From Candidatus Omnitrophota bacterium (GTDB lineage: Bacteria > Omnitrophota > Omnitrophia > Omnitrophales > Aquincolibacteriaceae), in NCBI GenBank assembly GCA_903856085.1, contig CAIOAT010000047.1:20634-84633 (forward strand): 64,000 nucleotides of DNA, written 5' to 3'. The notes beneath the pieces were generated by a model. That model made no database searches. It was not told the origin of the DNA and saw only the letters and a list, made by a program, of their open reading frames with translations. The position numbers and the translations under genes are program-made. This document shows, piece by piece, positions 1-10,884 of the stretch. Numbering within the stretch: the first letter of the stretch is position 1; every line of letters begins with the position of its first letter.

Positions 1-394
1 TTCCGGTTGTGATGTCCGCGGTTTGGAGCCTAAGGAAAGAGAGGATTATCATGCTTTGTGGCAGGGGTTGGGGATAGCCAGCAAGATTGATGTCGGTCGG
101 ATCGAGCGGTTTAGACCCGTAGGATACCCCGCCACCTATGATTCTATTAGCGCTACGGGAATCTGTTTCGATAGGATAGATAATAACAAAGAAAACTTGT
201 GGGGAGTCGAGGAGTATGTTTTTTTTATCAAGGATGCCTGTGATCATTTGGAACCCGGGGGAGTTCTGTATTTTCGTTTCAATGAGCGGCCGCAAATAGA
301 AGTTTTTAATCTCTTCAAGAGCCTCAACGCTTGGGAGGGCGGGAACCGATTCCGCCTTCGGAGAGAGAATTTTCTAAAATCGCGGCATGCTTAA
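1..394 (+). CDS. Class I SAM-dependent methyltransferase-like protein, 5'-truncated by window edge
   Basis: Frame is open from position 2 (SGCDVRGLEP...). 'GCDVRGLE', 'YDSISA' and 'HLEPGGVLYF' resemble methyltransferase motifs II, IV and the post-motif-V strand. Confidence 0.55.
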   Translation, partial: SGCDVRGLEPKEREDYHALWQGLGIASKIDVGRIERFRPVGYPATYDSISATGICFDRIDNNKENLWGVEEYVFFIKDACDHLEPGGVLYFRFNERPQIEVFNLFKSLNAWEGGNRFRLRRENFLKSRHA

Positions 395-1469
395 AAAAAT
401 CAAAGCGTTAATAATCTTTCGAAATGTTTTTGGCGTTTCCCTCAATCAAATTTACCCTTTCCGCCTTTTAAAAAATCAATTAAAAAAAACCTTAGGGTTT
501 TATTTTTCAGAAAGGCCTGTCCAGACGCTAACGGATGTCGATATCGAAGAAGCGAATTCGCACGACATTGTTTTTATTCAACTTAAAATTCCTCCCGAGC
601 ATGTAGGCCAACTGAATGAAATGCTCGCGCAAATTTCTAGTCGTAAAGTTTTGCTCGATGATCGCGATAGTTCCGGACAATGTTCTTTTTCCGCAGTTCC
701 GCTGGTCAATCTTTATGTCAAAAAACAGGTTTTGCGAGATCTTAAGAATTACCAGACGCCCTATCGGGATGGCAGAATCCATGCTGACTTTATTGGAAAA
801 TCTTTTTCTTTAAGTTCTGCCGACCTTCCGCGCGTAAAAATTACCGAAGATTTTGAACAGAAGATTTTTACTGGGTGGAATATTGGCGTATCCGAAAGGC
901 TTCGCGGGAGGATTCCCCCCAATGCGGATTCTTTATTCGCAAAGAAGCGCACCGTTGATGTGTGCCTTAGGCTTTCTTTGAGGAACGATAAGGATTGGTG
1001 TTATGTCCATAGGAAAAAATGTTTCGAGGAAGTTCAAAAGCTGAGCGCTTCCATGAAAGTTGTTGTCTCCCAAGAAAATATTCCTCGTCCAGAATACTAC
1101 GAGGAATTGAGTCAGGCAAAAATATGTCCCTCTCCGTGGGGCTACGGGGAAGTGTGCTACAGAGATTTTGAGGCCATTTTGTCAGGAGCTTTGCTTATTA
1201 AGCCCTCCATGGAACATCTTGTGACCCATCCCAATATTTACATACCTTATGAAACATACGTGCCTACCAAGGTGGATTTTAGCGATCTGAATGATATTTG
1301 CAGGTATTATCTTCTTCATGAAAATGAGCGCGAGAGAATTGCCCGAAATGCCCTGCGTGCTTATAGCGACTATTTTGAAAAAAATATATTTCTTGGGCAG
1401 GTGCGAGAGATGTTAAGCCGGACGGGGTTTGAAACGGAGGGCCTTGCGCAGCGCGACTTTAACGGCTAA
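387..1469 (+). CDS. Glycosyltransferase family 1-like protein (CgeB/Glyco_trans_1_2-type C-terminus)
   Basis: C-terminal 'YYEELSQAKICPSPWGYGEVCYRDFEAILSGALLIKP...ERERIARNA' is typical of GT-B donor-binding domains in polysaccharide loci. Confidence 0.7.
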   Translation: MLKKIKALIIFRNVFGVSLNQIYPFRLLKNQLKKTLGFYFSERPVQTLTDVDIEEANSHDIVFIQLKIPPEHVGQLNEMLAQISSRKVLLDDRDSSGQCSFSAVPLVNLYVKKQVLRDLKNYQTPYRDGRIHADFIGKSFSLSSADLPRVKITEDFEQKIFTGWNIGVSERLRGRIPPNADSLFAKKRTVDVCLRLSLRNDKDWCYVHRKKCFEEVQKLSASMKVVVSQENIPRPEYYEELSQAKICPSPWGYGEVCYRDFEAILSGALLIKPSMEHLVTHPNIYIPYETYVPTKVDFSDLNDICRYYLLHENERERIARNALRAYSDYFEKNIFLGQVREMLSRTGFETEGLAQRDFNG

Positions 1470-1581
1470 ACTCACGTATTGGATTTTGCGCTGCCCGTAC
1501 TGTCTGCTTGACTTTGATTTGTCGGTAATCTTGAATGTGGTCAGCCGCTTGAAAAGTAATACAACTCCGGAGTACAACAAA

Positions 1582-2697
1582 ATGAAGATCGACATTATTC
1601 ACGCAACGGCAGGGGAAGGGCATCGCAAGATTGCGATGGCGGTCCAGGATAGCCTTGTGCGGCTTGGCCGAAGCGATCTTCAAGTCCGCTTGATGAACTG
1701 CCTGGACTATACCGACGCTGCTTTTCAGAAAACATACGCCCCTATTTATTACTGGTCCGTCCGGCATGCCCCGAGTCTTTGGGGCGGGAGCTACGAAGTG
1801 TTGGATCACGCGTGGGTCTATCAGCTTATCCGGCCACTGCGTTCTTTGACGAATTCGGTGCATGCGAAACGCCTTCTTGAAGATATTGTCAAAAATCAAC
1901 CTGATGTGATTGTCTCGACGCATTTTCTTCCGCCCGAGATCCTGGGCCGCGCCAAACAGAAGGGCTTGATAAAATCGAAAATGATCACGGTGATTACGGA
2001 TTTTTATCCCCACACGGTTTGGGTCAATCCCGGAACCGATCATTACTGGGTCATGGCCGATGAAACCAAACAAGATCTTATCCGCCGCGGTGTTTCCGAG
2101 GAAATGATCACTGCCGGTGGTATTCCCATCCTGCCGACCTTCCAACCTACGGGAAGGAAACGGGAGATCCTGAAAAAGCACGGCCTTGAGGACAATCGTT
2201 TCACGATCCTTCTTACAAGCGGCAGTTTCGGCCTCGGTCCGCAGGAGGCGATTCTGGAAGAACTTAAGACGTTCAAAGACAAGGTCCAATGTTTCGTGGT
2301 TTGTGCCAACAACAAAGAACTTAAGGCGCTCTTGGAGAGCAAGACTTATCCCTATCCCGTGAAGATCTTCGGCTTTATCGATTTCATGCCTGATCTCATG
2401 GAGGCGAGCGATCTCATGGTTGCGAAATCCGGTGGCTCTACGACCTCCGAAGCTTTGACTAAAGGTGTGGTGATGGTCATTATGGCGCCGATCCCCGGTC
2501 AAGAGACCCGGAATGTGAAGCTTCTTAAAATCCGCGATGCGGCGTATTTTTTGAATGATCCTCATGAAATCCACGGTATCGTCAAGGGCATCTTGGACGA
2601 TCCTTCAACTTTGCAGAAGAAGCGCGATGCCATCAGGCGCCTGGCAAAGCCTCATGCCTCTGAAGATCTCGTCAAGATGATCCTCGCCGGGAAATAG
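1582..2697 (+). CDS. MGDG synthase/UgtP-like diacylglycerol glycosyltransferase (GT28)
   Basis: Motifs 'HATAGEGH', 'STHFLP', 'ITDF', 'GIPI', 'ASDLMVAKSGGSTTSE', 'PIPGQETRN'. Start moved to ATG 1582 after ggag. Confidence 0.85.
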   Translation: MKIDIIHATAGEGHRKIAMAVQDSLVRLGRSDLQVRLMNCLDYTDAAFQKTYAPIYYWSVRHAPSLWGGSYEVLDHAWVYQLIRPLRSLTNSVHAKRLLEDIVKNQPDVIVSTHFLPPEILGRAKQKGLIKSKMITVITDFYPHTVWVNPGTDHYWVMADETKQDLIRRGVSEEMITAGGIPILPTFQPTGRKREILKKHGLEDNRFTILLTSGSFGLGPQEAILEELKTFKDKVQCFVVCANNKELKALLESKTYPYPVKIFGFIDFMPDLMEASDLMVAKSGGSTTSEALTKGVVMVIMAPIPGQETRNVKLLKIRDAAYFLNDPHEIHGIVKGILDDPSTLQKKRDAIRRLAKPHASEDLVKMILAGK

Positions 2698-2702
2698 TTC
2701 TC

Positions 2703-3416
2703 ATGCCGAAAAACGAGTCTCTCTTATTCCTGAAGACCTTGAAAGAAGACGGTATTGAGCACGTGTATGTTTCGAAGAAGAACGAACCGCGGATTTCTGT
2801 TTCGCGTACCGCAGACCTGCCATCGAACAAGCCGGAAACCGTAGACTGCAGTTCGAATGTCGATATCTCAGAACTTCGCGACAAGGTCCTGAAATGCAAA
2901 CTTTGTGCCGAACTCGCGAAGACCCGCAAAAAGGTTGTTTTTGGTTCCGGAAATCTTCAGGCCAAGCTTGTCTTTGTGGGTGAAGCTCCGGGAGCTGATG
3001 AAGATGAACAGGGGCTTCCTTTTGTCGGACGTGCCGGTCAGCTCCTGACCAAGATTATCGAAGCCATGGGGATGGCAAGGGACCAGGTATTCATTTGCAA
3101 TGTTCTCAAGTGCCGGCCGCCGAATAATCGTCCGCCTGCGCCGGGTGAAGTTGTTCACTGCCGGCCCTATCTCAAGCTCCAGCTCGAGCTCATTAAACCT
3201 AAGGTGATCGTGGCGCTTGGGAACCACGCGGTCAAAGCACTTCTGCAAACTGAACAGGGGATCTCGCAGTTGCGCGGTACGTTCCAGAAGTATGAAGGCA
3301 TTCCCGTCATGTGCACTTATCACCCCGCATATCTTCTTCGCAGTCCGGGCGAGAAACGCAAGGTTTGGGACGATATGAAGAAAGTTATCCGATTCCTTGA
3401 AAGGTCTGCGGATTGA
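2703..3416 (+). CDS. Uracil-DNA glycosylase family 4 (Fe-S type)
   Basis: CxxC 'CKLC', 'GEAPG', 'NVLKCRPP', 'YHPAYLLR'. Confidence 0.93.
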   Translation: MPKNESLLFLKTLKEDGIEHVYVSKKNEPRISVSRTADLPSNKPETVDCSSNVDISELRDKVLKCKLCAELAKTRKKVVFGSGNLQAKLVFVGEAPGADEDEQGLPFVGRAGQLLTKIIEAMGMARDQVFICNVLKCRPPNNRPPAPGEVVHCRPYLKLQLELIKPKVIVALGNHAVKALLQTEQGISQLRGTFQKYEGIPVMCTYHPAYLLRSPGEKRKVWDDMKKVIRFLERSAD

Positions 3417-5545
3417 AAAGTTCTGAAGGCGGACAGCCAGAGAAAGTGCCGGGGCTCTTCAAGGCTCAAGTCGCAGTTCCGCTCCCGATCCCAACGGTTT
3501 TTAGTTATTTGATCCCCGAGCCTTTTCTCCCGAAAGCTATTCCAGGTGTCCGCGTAACTGTTCCATTCCGTAACACTGAAATCACGGGATATATCGTAGC
3601 CGTGGAGCCCCAGTCAACAGGCGTTGCTGAATCGGGCGGCCTCCATGGCAAATTGCGCAGGTTGCCCGTACTCAAATCCCTTCTCGCGGTTTTGGACGAC
3701 CAGCCTGTTCTCTCCTCTGATATGCTCCAACTCACGAAATGGGTGGGCGAATATTATGGTTCTAGCTGGGGAGAAGCGATTGAGAACGCGCTTCCGCGCT
3801 GGGTGAAATACGGAAAAAAGGTTGAGAAGTATATCGAGAAAGCGAAACTCAAAAGCGCGACGCCGGCGCCTTTGCCCCGGGATTACACGCTTTCCGAAGA
3901 ACAGGAAAATGCGTTCCGGATTATTGGAAAAGCATTGGCCTCAAAACATCCCAGGCCCATGCTGATCTATGGCGTTACCGGCAGCGGCAAAAGTGAGCTT
4001 TATATCCGGGCGATTCGCGAGACGCTGAAGCAGAATCGTGCCGCGATCTGTCTTGTTCCCGAGATTGCGCTCACCGAGCAACTCCAGCGATTTTTTGCCG
4101 GACATTTCGGTGATAATCTCGAGATCTTGCACAGCAAAATGACCGATGGCGAGCGATTCCTCACTTGGAAACGAATCGAAATGGGAACTTGTAATGTTGT
4201 TTTGGGTCCGCGTTCCGCGGTGTTTGCCCCGATTCCAAACCTCGGGCTCATCATCATGGACGAGGAGCATGAGGGATCTTACAAACAGGAGACCACGCCG
4301 CGCTACCATGCTCGCGAAGTCGCCGCATGTCGGGCAGAACATGAGGGGGTGCTTTTTTTGATGGGCACCGCCACGCCGTCCTTGGAAAGCATGGCACTTG
4401 CGGAGCAGGGAAAAATCGACCGTGTCAATCTCACGGAACGGATCGATCAAAAGGCCATGCCTAAAGTCGAGGTGATCGATCTCAAGCGTTACGAAGGGGA
4501 CAAACGTCCGAGCCTGCTTTTTTCGCCGCCCTTGATGCGCGAGATCGAAACCAATCTTAAGAACCGGGAAGGGACGATGCTGTTGCTCAATCGCCGGGGG
4601 TTTTCTACTTCGATCCGCTGCCCGAAATGCGGCAAGGTTGAGGAATGTAAGCTCTGTCAGGTCTCACTTACGTTTCATCAGGAAAAGAACCTTCTGCTTT
4701 GTCATTATTGTAATTATCAGAAAAAAGTTCCGAATGTCTGCGGTGAATGCAAAGCCCCCATGCTCCGTTTTATGGGATTCGGGACCGAGAAAGTCGAAAG
4801 TGAGATTGCCCGGTTTTTTCCAAGTGCCCGCATCGCGCGGATGGATGCGGACACCACTCAGAAAAAGGATTCCCACGAAAAAATCCTTGAAAAATTCCGT
4901 GAACAAAAGATCGACATCCTGATCGGAACGCAGATGATTGCCAAAGGTTTTGATTTTCCGCATGTGACCTTGGTGGGTGTGGTGCTCGCGGATGTTGGCT
5001 TGAGGCTTCCGGATTTCCGTTCAAGCGAACGGACGTTTCAGCTTCTCACGCAATTCGCCGGCCGCGCGGGCCGGGGCTTAAAACCCGGACGAGTCATTAT
5101 CCAGACCTGGATGGCGGAACATCCGAGCATTCGGTTCGCACAAGAACATGATTTCCTGAATTTCTATGCTCATGAAAAAAGGTGCCGCGAGGAATTCCAT
5201 TATCCTCCTTACCGTTCGCTAGTGAATATCATTATTCGTTCGCACGATGAAAAGAAGGCTTATCTTTTTGCCCGCGAGATCCGGGATGCCTTTAAAAGCG
5301 AACTCTCGATTACCAATTCTTTCGCCACAGACCGCGTGGAACAGGCTGCGCGTCCCGAGGTGGAGATCCTGGGTCCTGCCCCTTTGCCGTTTTACAAACT
5401 ACGCGGGCATTTCCGCTGGCATGTGATGCTCAAGATTCCTAAAGATCTGCAGCTTACGCCCAAGATCTATGCGCTTCTTATGGGCCTTAAAAAGCCTTCC
5501 GCCGTCGCTTTTCAGCTTGATGTGGATCCCCTCAATATCTTGTGA
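3413..5545 (+). CDS. priA: Primosomal protein N' (replication restart helicase)
   Basis: 'GVTGSGKSE', 'DEEHEGSYKQ', four CxxC pairs, 'GTQMIAKGFDFP', 'QFAGRAGR', C-terminal 'DVDP'. Confidence 0.96.
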   Translation: MKSSEGGQPEKVPGLFKAQVAVPLPIPTVFSYLIPEPFLPKAIPGVRVTVPFRNTEITGYIVAVEPQSTGVAESGGLHGKLRRLPVLKSLLAVLDDQPVLSSDMLQLTKWVGEYYGSSWGEAIENALPRWVKYGKKVEKYIEKAKLKSATPAPLPRDYTLSEEQENAFRIIGKALASKHPRPMLIYGVTGSGKSELYIRAIRETLKQNRAAICLVPEIALTEQLQRFFAGHFGDNLEILHSKMTDGERFLTWKRIEMGTCNVVLGPRSAVFAPIPNLGLIIMDEEHEGSYKQETTPRYHAREVAACRAEHEGVLFLMGTATPSLESMALAEQGKIDRVNLTERIDQKAMPKVEVIDLKRYEGDKRPSLLFSPPLMREIETNLKNREGTMLLLNRRGFSTSIRCPKCGKVEECKLCQVSLTFHQEKNLLLCHYCNYQKKVPNVCGECKAPMLRFMGFGTEKVESEIARFFPSARIARMDADTTQKKDSHEKILEKFREQKIDILIGTQMIAKGFDFPHVTLVGVVLADVGLRLPDFRSSERTFQLLTQFAGRAGRGLKPGRVIIQTWMAEHPSIRFAQEHDFLNFYAHEKRCREEFHYPPYRSLVNIIIRSHDEKKAYLFAREIRDAFKSELSITNSFATDRVEQAARPEVEILGPAPLPFYKLRGHFRWHVMLKIPKDLQLTPKIYALLMGLKKPSAVAFQLDVDPLNIL

Positions 5546-5686
5546 ATCGAAATATCCTGAGACGGGCTGACTCTTTTGTTTGCCTTTTCCCCGTATTATT
5601 TATTTACCAAATCTTGAAAGCAGTGGATAATAATCCCTGTTTAAATAGATGCGTTGGAATGCACCCGAGCACTTGAGGAGAAGGAT

Positions 5687-6358
5687 ATGCGTCTTAAAAA
5701 AAGCCCTTATCTTCCATGTTGTGTCCTGTTATTGTTTGCGTTGTCGTTTTCCGGGTGTTCGACGGCAAGCGTGGGAACTCCTTCCGGATTTCTAAAGGAT
5801 TACTCAGCCCTTCAGGATGGGACCTATTTCAAACAGGAATATGTCCCTCATGGCACCCGCTTTTCAGGCTATAAAACCGTCAAGGTGGCGCCGGTTAATT
5901 TGAGCCATCTAGACGATCAGAGTTCCTGTGATTCAAACGAACTTGAAGCCCTTGCCCGGGACTTTCGCGAAGATGTCGAGGCTCAGCTTAAAAAAAACAG
6001 TTTTACGGTTTCCTCCGATCCCTCGGGTCACACGCTCGTGATCAGTTTGGCTCTCACGAACATCGAAACTCCGGACCGGCTTTTCAATGTTGGAATGACA
6101 GCCGCATCCATTATGTCCCCTGTGCCGCTTCCTTTTGACAAGGACGGGAAAACCGCGCTTGAGGGGAAGATCGTGGATGGGACGACCGGACAACTTTTGA
6201 TGGAATTCGCAGAAGTGAGATCCGGTGCCGGTGACCAAAGAAGCCTGAAAACTATGACAGTCGGAAAGTATCAGAAATTCACGAATACCCGAGCCGTTTT
6301 TGCAGGTTGGGCTCAAACCCTTGCGAAAATGCTCAAAACCCTGACTGCCTCGACATAA
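5687..6358 (+). CDS. DUF3313-like lipoprotein
   Basis: Signal peptide with lipobox 'FSGC', then 'SGFLKDYSAL' and 'EGKIVDGTTGQLL', as in DUF3313 lipoproteins. RBS gaggag/aagga before ATG 5687. Confidence 0.7.
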   Translation: MRLKKSPYLPCCVLLLFALSFSGCSTASVGTPSGFLKDYSALQDGTYFKQEYVPHGTRFSGYKTVKVAPVNLSHLDDQSSCDSNELEALARDFREDVEAQLKKNSFTVSSDPSGHTLVISLALTNIETPDRLFNVGMTAASIMSPVPLPFDKDGKTALEGKIVDGTTGQLLMEFAEVRSGAGDQRSLKTMTVGKYQKFTNTRAVFAGWAQTLAKMLKTLTAST

Positions 6359-6373
6359 AACGAAAGGAAAAAT

Positions 6374-6688
6374 ATGCAGGAATTTAAAAATGTGACCGTG
6401 GTGAAAAAAGCGAACACCTATTTTGACGGAAAGGTCACGAGCCGGACGGTTCTTTTTCCTGACGGCACAAAGAGGACCCTTGGGATCATGATGCCGGGGG
6501 ATTATGAATTTGGTACTGCCGAAAAAGAGATCATGGAGATCCTTGCGGGCGATATGGAGATTCAACTTCCGGGTTCCAAGGATTGGCAAAGGATTCAAGC
6601 GGGCGGGTCCTTTGAAGTCCCCGCGAAGTCAAAGTTTAAGCTCAAAGTCACTGCGCTAACGGATTATTGCTGTTCGTACATTCAATGA
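6374..6688 (+). CDS. ppnP: Pyrimidine/purine nucleoside phosphorylase (DUF1255, cupin)
   Basis: '[13 protein letters not shown]...[19 protein letters not shown]...EIMEI...DYCCSY'. Confidence 0.93.
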   Translation: MQEFKNVTVVKKANTYFDGKVTSRTVLFPDGTKRTLGIMMPGDYEFGTAEKEIMEILAGDMEIQLPGSKDWQRIQAGGSFEVPAKSKFKLKVTALTDYCCSYIQ

Positions 6689-6711
6689 TCGGAACATGAG
6701 AAGATCTCACC

Positions 6712-7227
6712 ATGGCTAAGCTTAAGATTCGAACCTATCCCGATCCTGTTCTTAAGAAAAAAACGGCGCCGGTGACCGATTTTGGTCCCGCGATGCAGAA
6801 GCTTTTTGACGACATGATCGCGACCATGCATGTCTCAGACGGCGTGGGCCTCGCCGCACCCCAGGTAGGGATCTCCCAGCAGATTTTTATCGCATGTCCG
6901 ACCATGCGTCACGGCGAAGAACATGTTATGGTGAACGCCGTGATCGAAAAAAAGTCGGGGACTGTTGTTGGATCCGAAGGATGTTTAAGCCTTCCCGGGA
7001 TCTCCGGTGAGATCGTTCGCGCCAAAAGGCTCCGAATGACTTTTTGGAATCGTTTTGGGAAAAAATACACGGTCGAACTCGAAGATTTTTTTGCCCGCGT
7101 TATCCAGCACGAAATGGATCATCTGAGCGGTATTCTCCTGATCGATCATTTCAAGGGTGCGAAACGGGAAAAAATGATCGCTCAGTATGAGTCGGCTAAA
7201 GCAGCGAAGAGTGCCTCCAAACTATGA
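6712..7227 (+). CDS. def: Peptide deformylase
   Basis: 'GVGLAAPQVG', 'EGCLS', 'QHEMDHL'. Confidence 0.97.
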   Translation: MAKLKIRTYPDPVLKKKTAPVTDFGPAMQKLFDDMIATMHVSDGVGLAAPQVGISQQIFIACPTMRHGEEHVMVNAVIEKKSGTVVGSEGCLSLPGISGEIVRAKRLRMTFWNRFGKKYTVELEDFFARVIQHEMDHLSGILLIDHFKGAKREKMIAQYESAKAAKSASKL

Positions 7228-7246
7228 ATTATCAACCCTCATCCAG

Positions 7247-8182
7247 ATGAAAATTGTTTTCTTCGGAACCGACGAATTCTCCATCAAGGCTCTCGAAGCC
7301 TGTCTGCATTCCGGCATGGAGCTCTCACAGGTTGTGACCACCCCGCCAAAGAAAAAAGGCCGTGGTCTTAAACTCGAATCCAGCGAGATTTTTGATTATT
7401 GTCAGACCAAGAATATTCCAGTGATCGAGTATCCGACGCTACGAGAAGCCAAAGTCGGTCAGGATCTGCTCGCCCGCAGGCCGGATATCTTTGTGGTGGC
7501 GTCTTACGGAAAACTCATCCCTAACAACCTGCTCGAGATCCCGAAATACCGGCTCAACGTTCACCCGTCTCTTTTGCCGAAATACCGGGGATCCGCGCCC
7601 ATTCATTGGCCCATTCTGAACGGGGACAAGGAGACCGGTGTGAGCATCATTGATATCGCAGAAAAACTAGATGCCGGCGATATTTATTGTCAGGAAAGGA
7701 TTGCCATCGATCCGCGAACCGATGCCGCGCAACTCGCCTCAGAGCTTGCCCGTTTTTCTTATGGAATTCTTAAAAAAGTCCTCGCTCAGGTCAAAGCCGG
7801 ACAACTTCGGGGTATTCCACAAAATGAAACTGAGGCCACCCTTGCACCTCAGCTCTCCAAAAAAGATGGCGAAGTATCGCTCACAACCATGACGGCTGAA
7901 GTGATCGATCGAAAAGTTCGCGGACTTCAGCCCTGGCCGGGTGCCTATTGTTTTATAAAAAACGAACGTATCGCTCTCCTCGAGACCGATCTTCCCGGAG
8001 CCACGACATCGGGAAAACCGGGGATTCTCCTTGCGATCGAAAAAGAGGGCGGCATCCAGCTAGCAACGCACGACGGGATACTTAAAATCCTCAAAGTCAA
8101 ACCCGAAGGAAAAAAATCCATGCCCGCCGCTGACTTTGTCCGTGGAAGGCATTTGACGCCCGGTATGATTTTGCAGAATTAG
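7247..8182 (+). CDS. fmt: Methionyl-tRNA formyltransferase
   Basis: 'MKIVFFGT', 'NVHPSLLPKYRGSAPI', 'LDAGD', 'PWPGA'; follows def. Confidence 0.96.
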   Translation: MKIVFFGTDEFSIKALEACLHSGMELSQVVTTPPKKKGRGLKLESSEIFDYCQTKNIPVIEYPTLREAKVGQDLLARRPDIFVVASYGKLIPNNLLEIPKYRLNVHPSLLPKYRGSAPIHWPILNGDKETGVSIIDIAEKLDAGDIYCQERIAIDPRTDAAQLASELARFSYGILKKVLAQVKAGQLRGIPQNETEATLAPQLSKKDGEVSLTTMTAEVIDRKVRGLQPWPGAYCFIKNERIALLETDLPGATTSGKPGILLAIEKEGGIQLATHDGILKILKVKPEGKKSMPAADFVRGRHLTPGMILQN

Positions 8183-8280
8183 ATTCGCACTTCAGTCAAA
8201 ACTTTTCATTTCTCAAAAGGTGTTTTGGATAGCGCTAACTTTAACTTTGCTGAAATTGATAAGTGTTGGGACAGAATTCC

Positions 8281-8308
8281 TTGACACTCGGCAGCGTGCG
8301 CTTATAAT
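8281..8308 (+). promoter_or_regulatory. Sigma70-type promoter of the gap-pgk-tpiA operon
   Basis: Perfect TTGACA (8281-8286), 16-nt spacer, perfect TATAAT (8303-8308) in the intergenic region upstream of gap. Confidence 0.8.
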
Positions 8309-8310
8309 TA

Positions 8311-8386
8311 GCACCGTTTTTCATTTATTGCTACGGGTTAACGGTGCAATACTGCAAACCCGTAAAATCAATAATGACGCAGTATT
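8311..8386 (+). other. Candidate structured 5' leader with four interlocked complementary segments
   Basis: Perfect 8-bp pairs 8311-8318/8340-8347, 8332-8339/8357-8364 and 8348-8355/8379-8386, plus 8321-8330/8369-8377 with one bulge. Confidence 0.45.
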
Positions 8387-8416
8387 AGCGGGAATTTGAA
8401 ATGTTTCCCCCCGTAA

Positions 8417-9532
<1,116 letters not shown>

Positions 9533-9558
9533 GCAGCTCACCGACTAAGACCTCGACT

Positions 9559-10821
9559 ATGAAAAAGAAAACGGTTAAAGATATCGACGTTCGCGGCAAA
9601 CGCATCCTCATGCGTGTGGATTTCAATGTGCCTATGAAAGATGGCGTGGTGCAGGATGATACCCGTATCAAGGCCGCATTGCCCTCGATCAAGTATGTCC
9701 TTGAGCAGGGAGCCAAAAGCCTGGTGCTCATGTCCCATTTAGGCGATCCCAAGAAGGATATTCCGAAGGCTAAGGAGAAAGCGGAAAAGGATGGCAAGCC
9801 GTTCGATGAAAATAAATTTGTCGAAGGTAAATTTAAGATGGCGCCTGTGGCTGTTCGGCTTGCCAAACTGATCGGGAAAGATGTCAAGCTTGCGCCGGCG
9901 TGTATGGGGCCCGAGACTGAAGCGATGGTCAAGGCTATCCCGCAGGGCGGCATTCTGATGCTTGAGAACACCCGTTTTCACAATGAAGAAACTTCCAAGG
10001 ATGTGGCGGAACGTGAAAAAATGGCAAAAGCGCTGGCGCAGTACGGCGATATTTTTGTCAATGATGCGTTTGGTTCCGCACACCGCGCTCACGCCTCGAC
10101 TGAGACGGTCGCGAAGTATCTGCCGGCCGTAGCCGGATTCCTGATGGAAAAGGAATTGGATTATCTTCAAGAGAAAGTCGTCGATAATCCGGCGCGTCCT
10201 TTTGTTGCCATCATCGGCGGTGCCAAGGTTTCTTCCAAGATCGCGGTGCTTGAAAGTCTGCTTACGAAGGTGGATCGGCTTATTGTCGGCGGCGGTATGG
10301 CCTACACGTTCCTGAAAGCTAAGGGACTTTCGGTCGGCAACTCGCTTGTGGAAGAGGATATGATCGACACCGCACGGCAGATCCTGCAGAAAGCCTACGA
10401 ATCGCATATTTATCTTTATCTTCCGATCGATCATATCGTCACCACAGAGTTTTCCGCGGATGCCGAGGCCAAGCATGTGGCTCGCGGTAATATCGAGGCA
10501 AACCAAATGGGGATGGATATCGGTCCGCTTACGATCGATAAATTCAAAGGCGCGCTCAAGGGCGCCAGGACTGTTTTCTGGAACGGTCCTGTCGGTGTCT
10601 TCGAATTTCCGAAATTTGCCAACGGTACCATGGCTCTTGCGAAAGCGATCTCGGAACTTCCGGATTGCGTGACTGTGATCGGCGGCGGGGATTCGGTTGC
10701 TGCGGTCAATCAATCAGGCGTCGCGGATAAAATCTCTCATATTTCCACGGGGGGCGGCGCGTCGCTTGAACTTGTGGAAGGAAAAGTGCTGCCCGGGGTG
10801 GCCGCGCTTCTTGACAAGTAA
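9559..10821 (+). CDS. pgk: Phosphoglycerate kinase
   Basis: 'RVDFNVP', 'LENTRF', 'NDAFGSAHRAH', 'STGGGASLE'. Confidence 0.98.
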   Translation: MKKKTVKDIDVRGKRILMRVDFNVPMKDGVVQDDTRIKAALPSIKYVLEQGAKSLVLMSHLGDPKKDIPKAKEKAEKDGKPFDENKFVEGKFKMAPVAVRLAKLIGKDVKLAPACMGPETEAMVKAIPQGGILMLENTRFHNEETSKDVAEREKMAKALAQYGDIFVNDAFGSAHRAHASTETVAKYLPAVAGFLMEKELDYLQEKVVDNPARPFVAIIGGAKVSSKIAVLESLLTKVDRLIVGGGMAYTFLKAKGLSVGNSLVEEDMIDTARQILQKAYESHIYLYLPIDHIVTTEFSADAEAKHVARGNIEANQMGMDIGPLTIDKFKGALKGARTVFWNGPVGVFEFPKFANGTMALAKAISELPDCVTVIGGGDSVAAVNQSGVADKISHISTGGGASLELVEGKVLPGVAALLDK

Positions 10822-10884
10822 ACAAATACCGTTTCTCATTTATTTGAACGGGTTTAAAATATAATAAAAGAAAGAGCGGACCTT

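Noticed and set aside
7213-7227. Def ends in SKL (peroxisomal PTS1-like)
   Set aside because: Bacterial operon context; coincidental.
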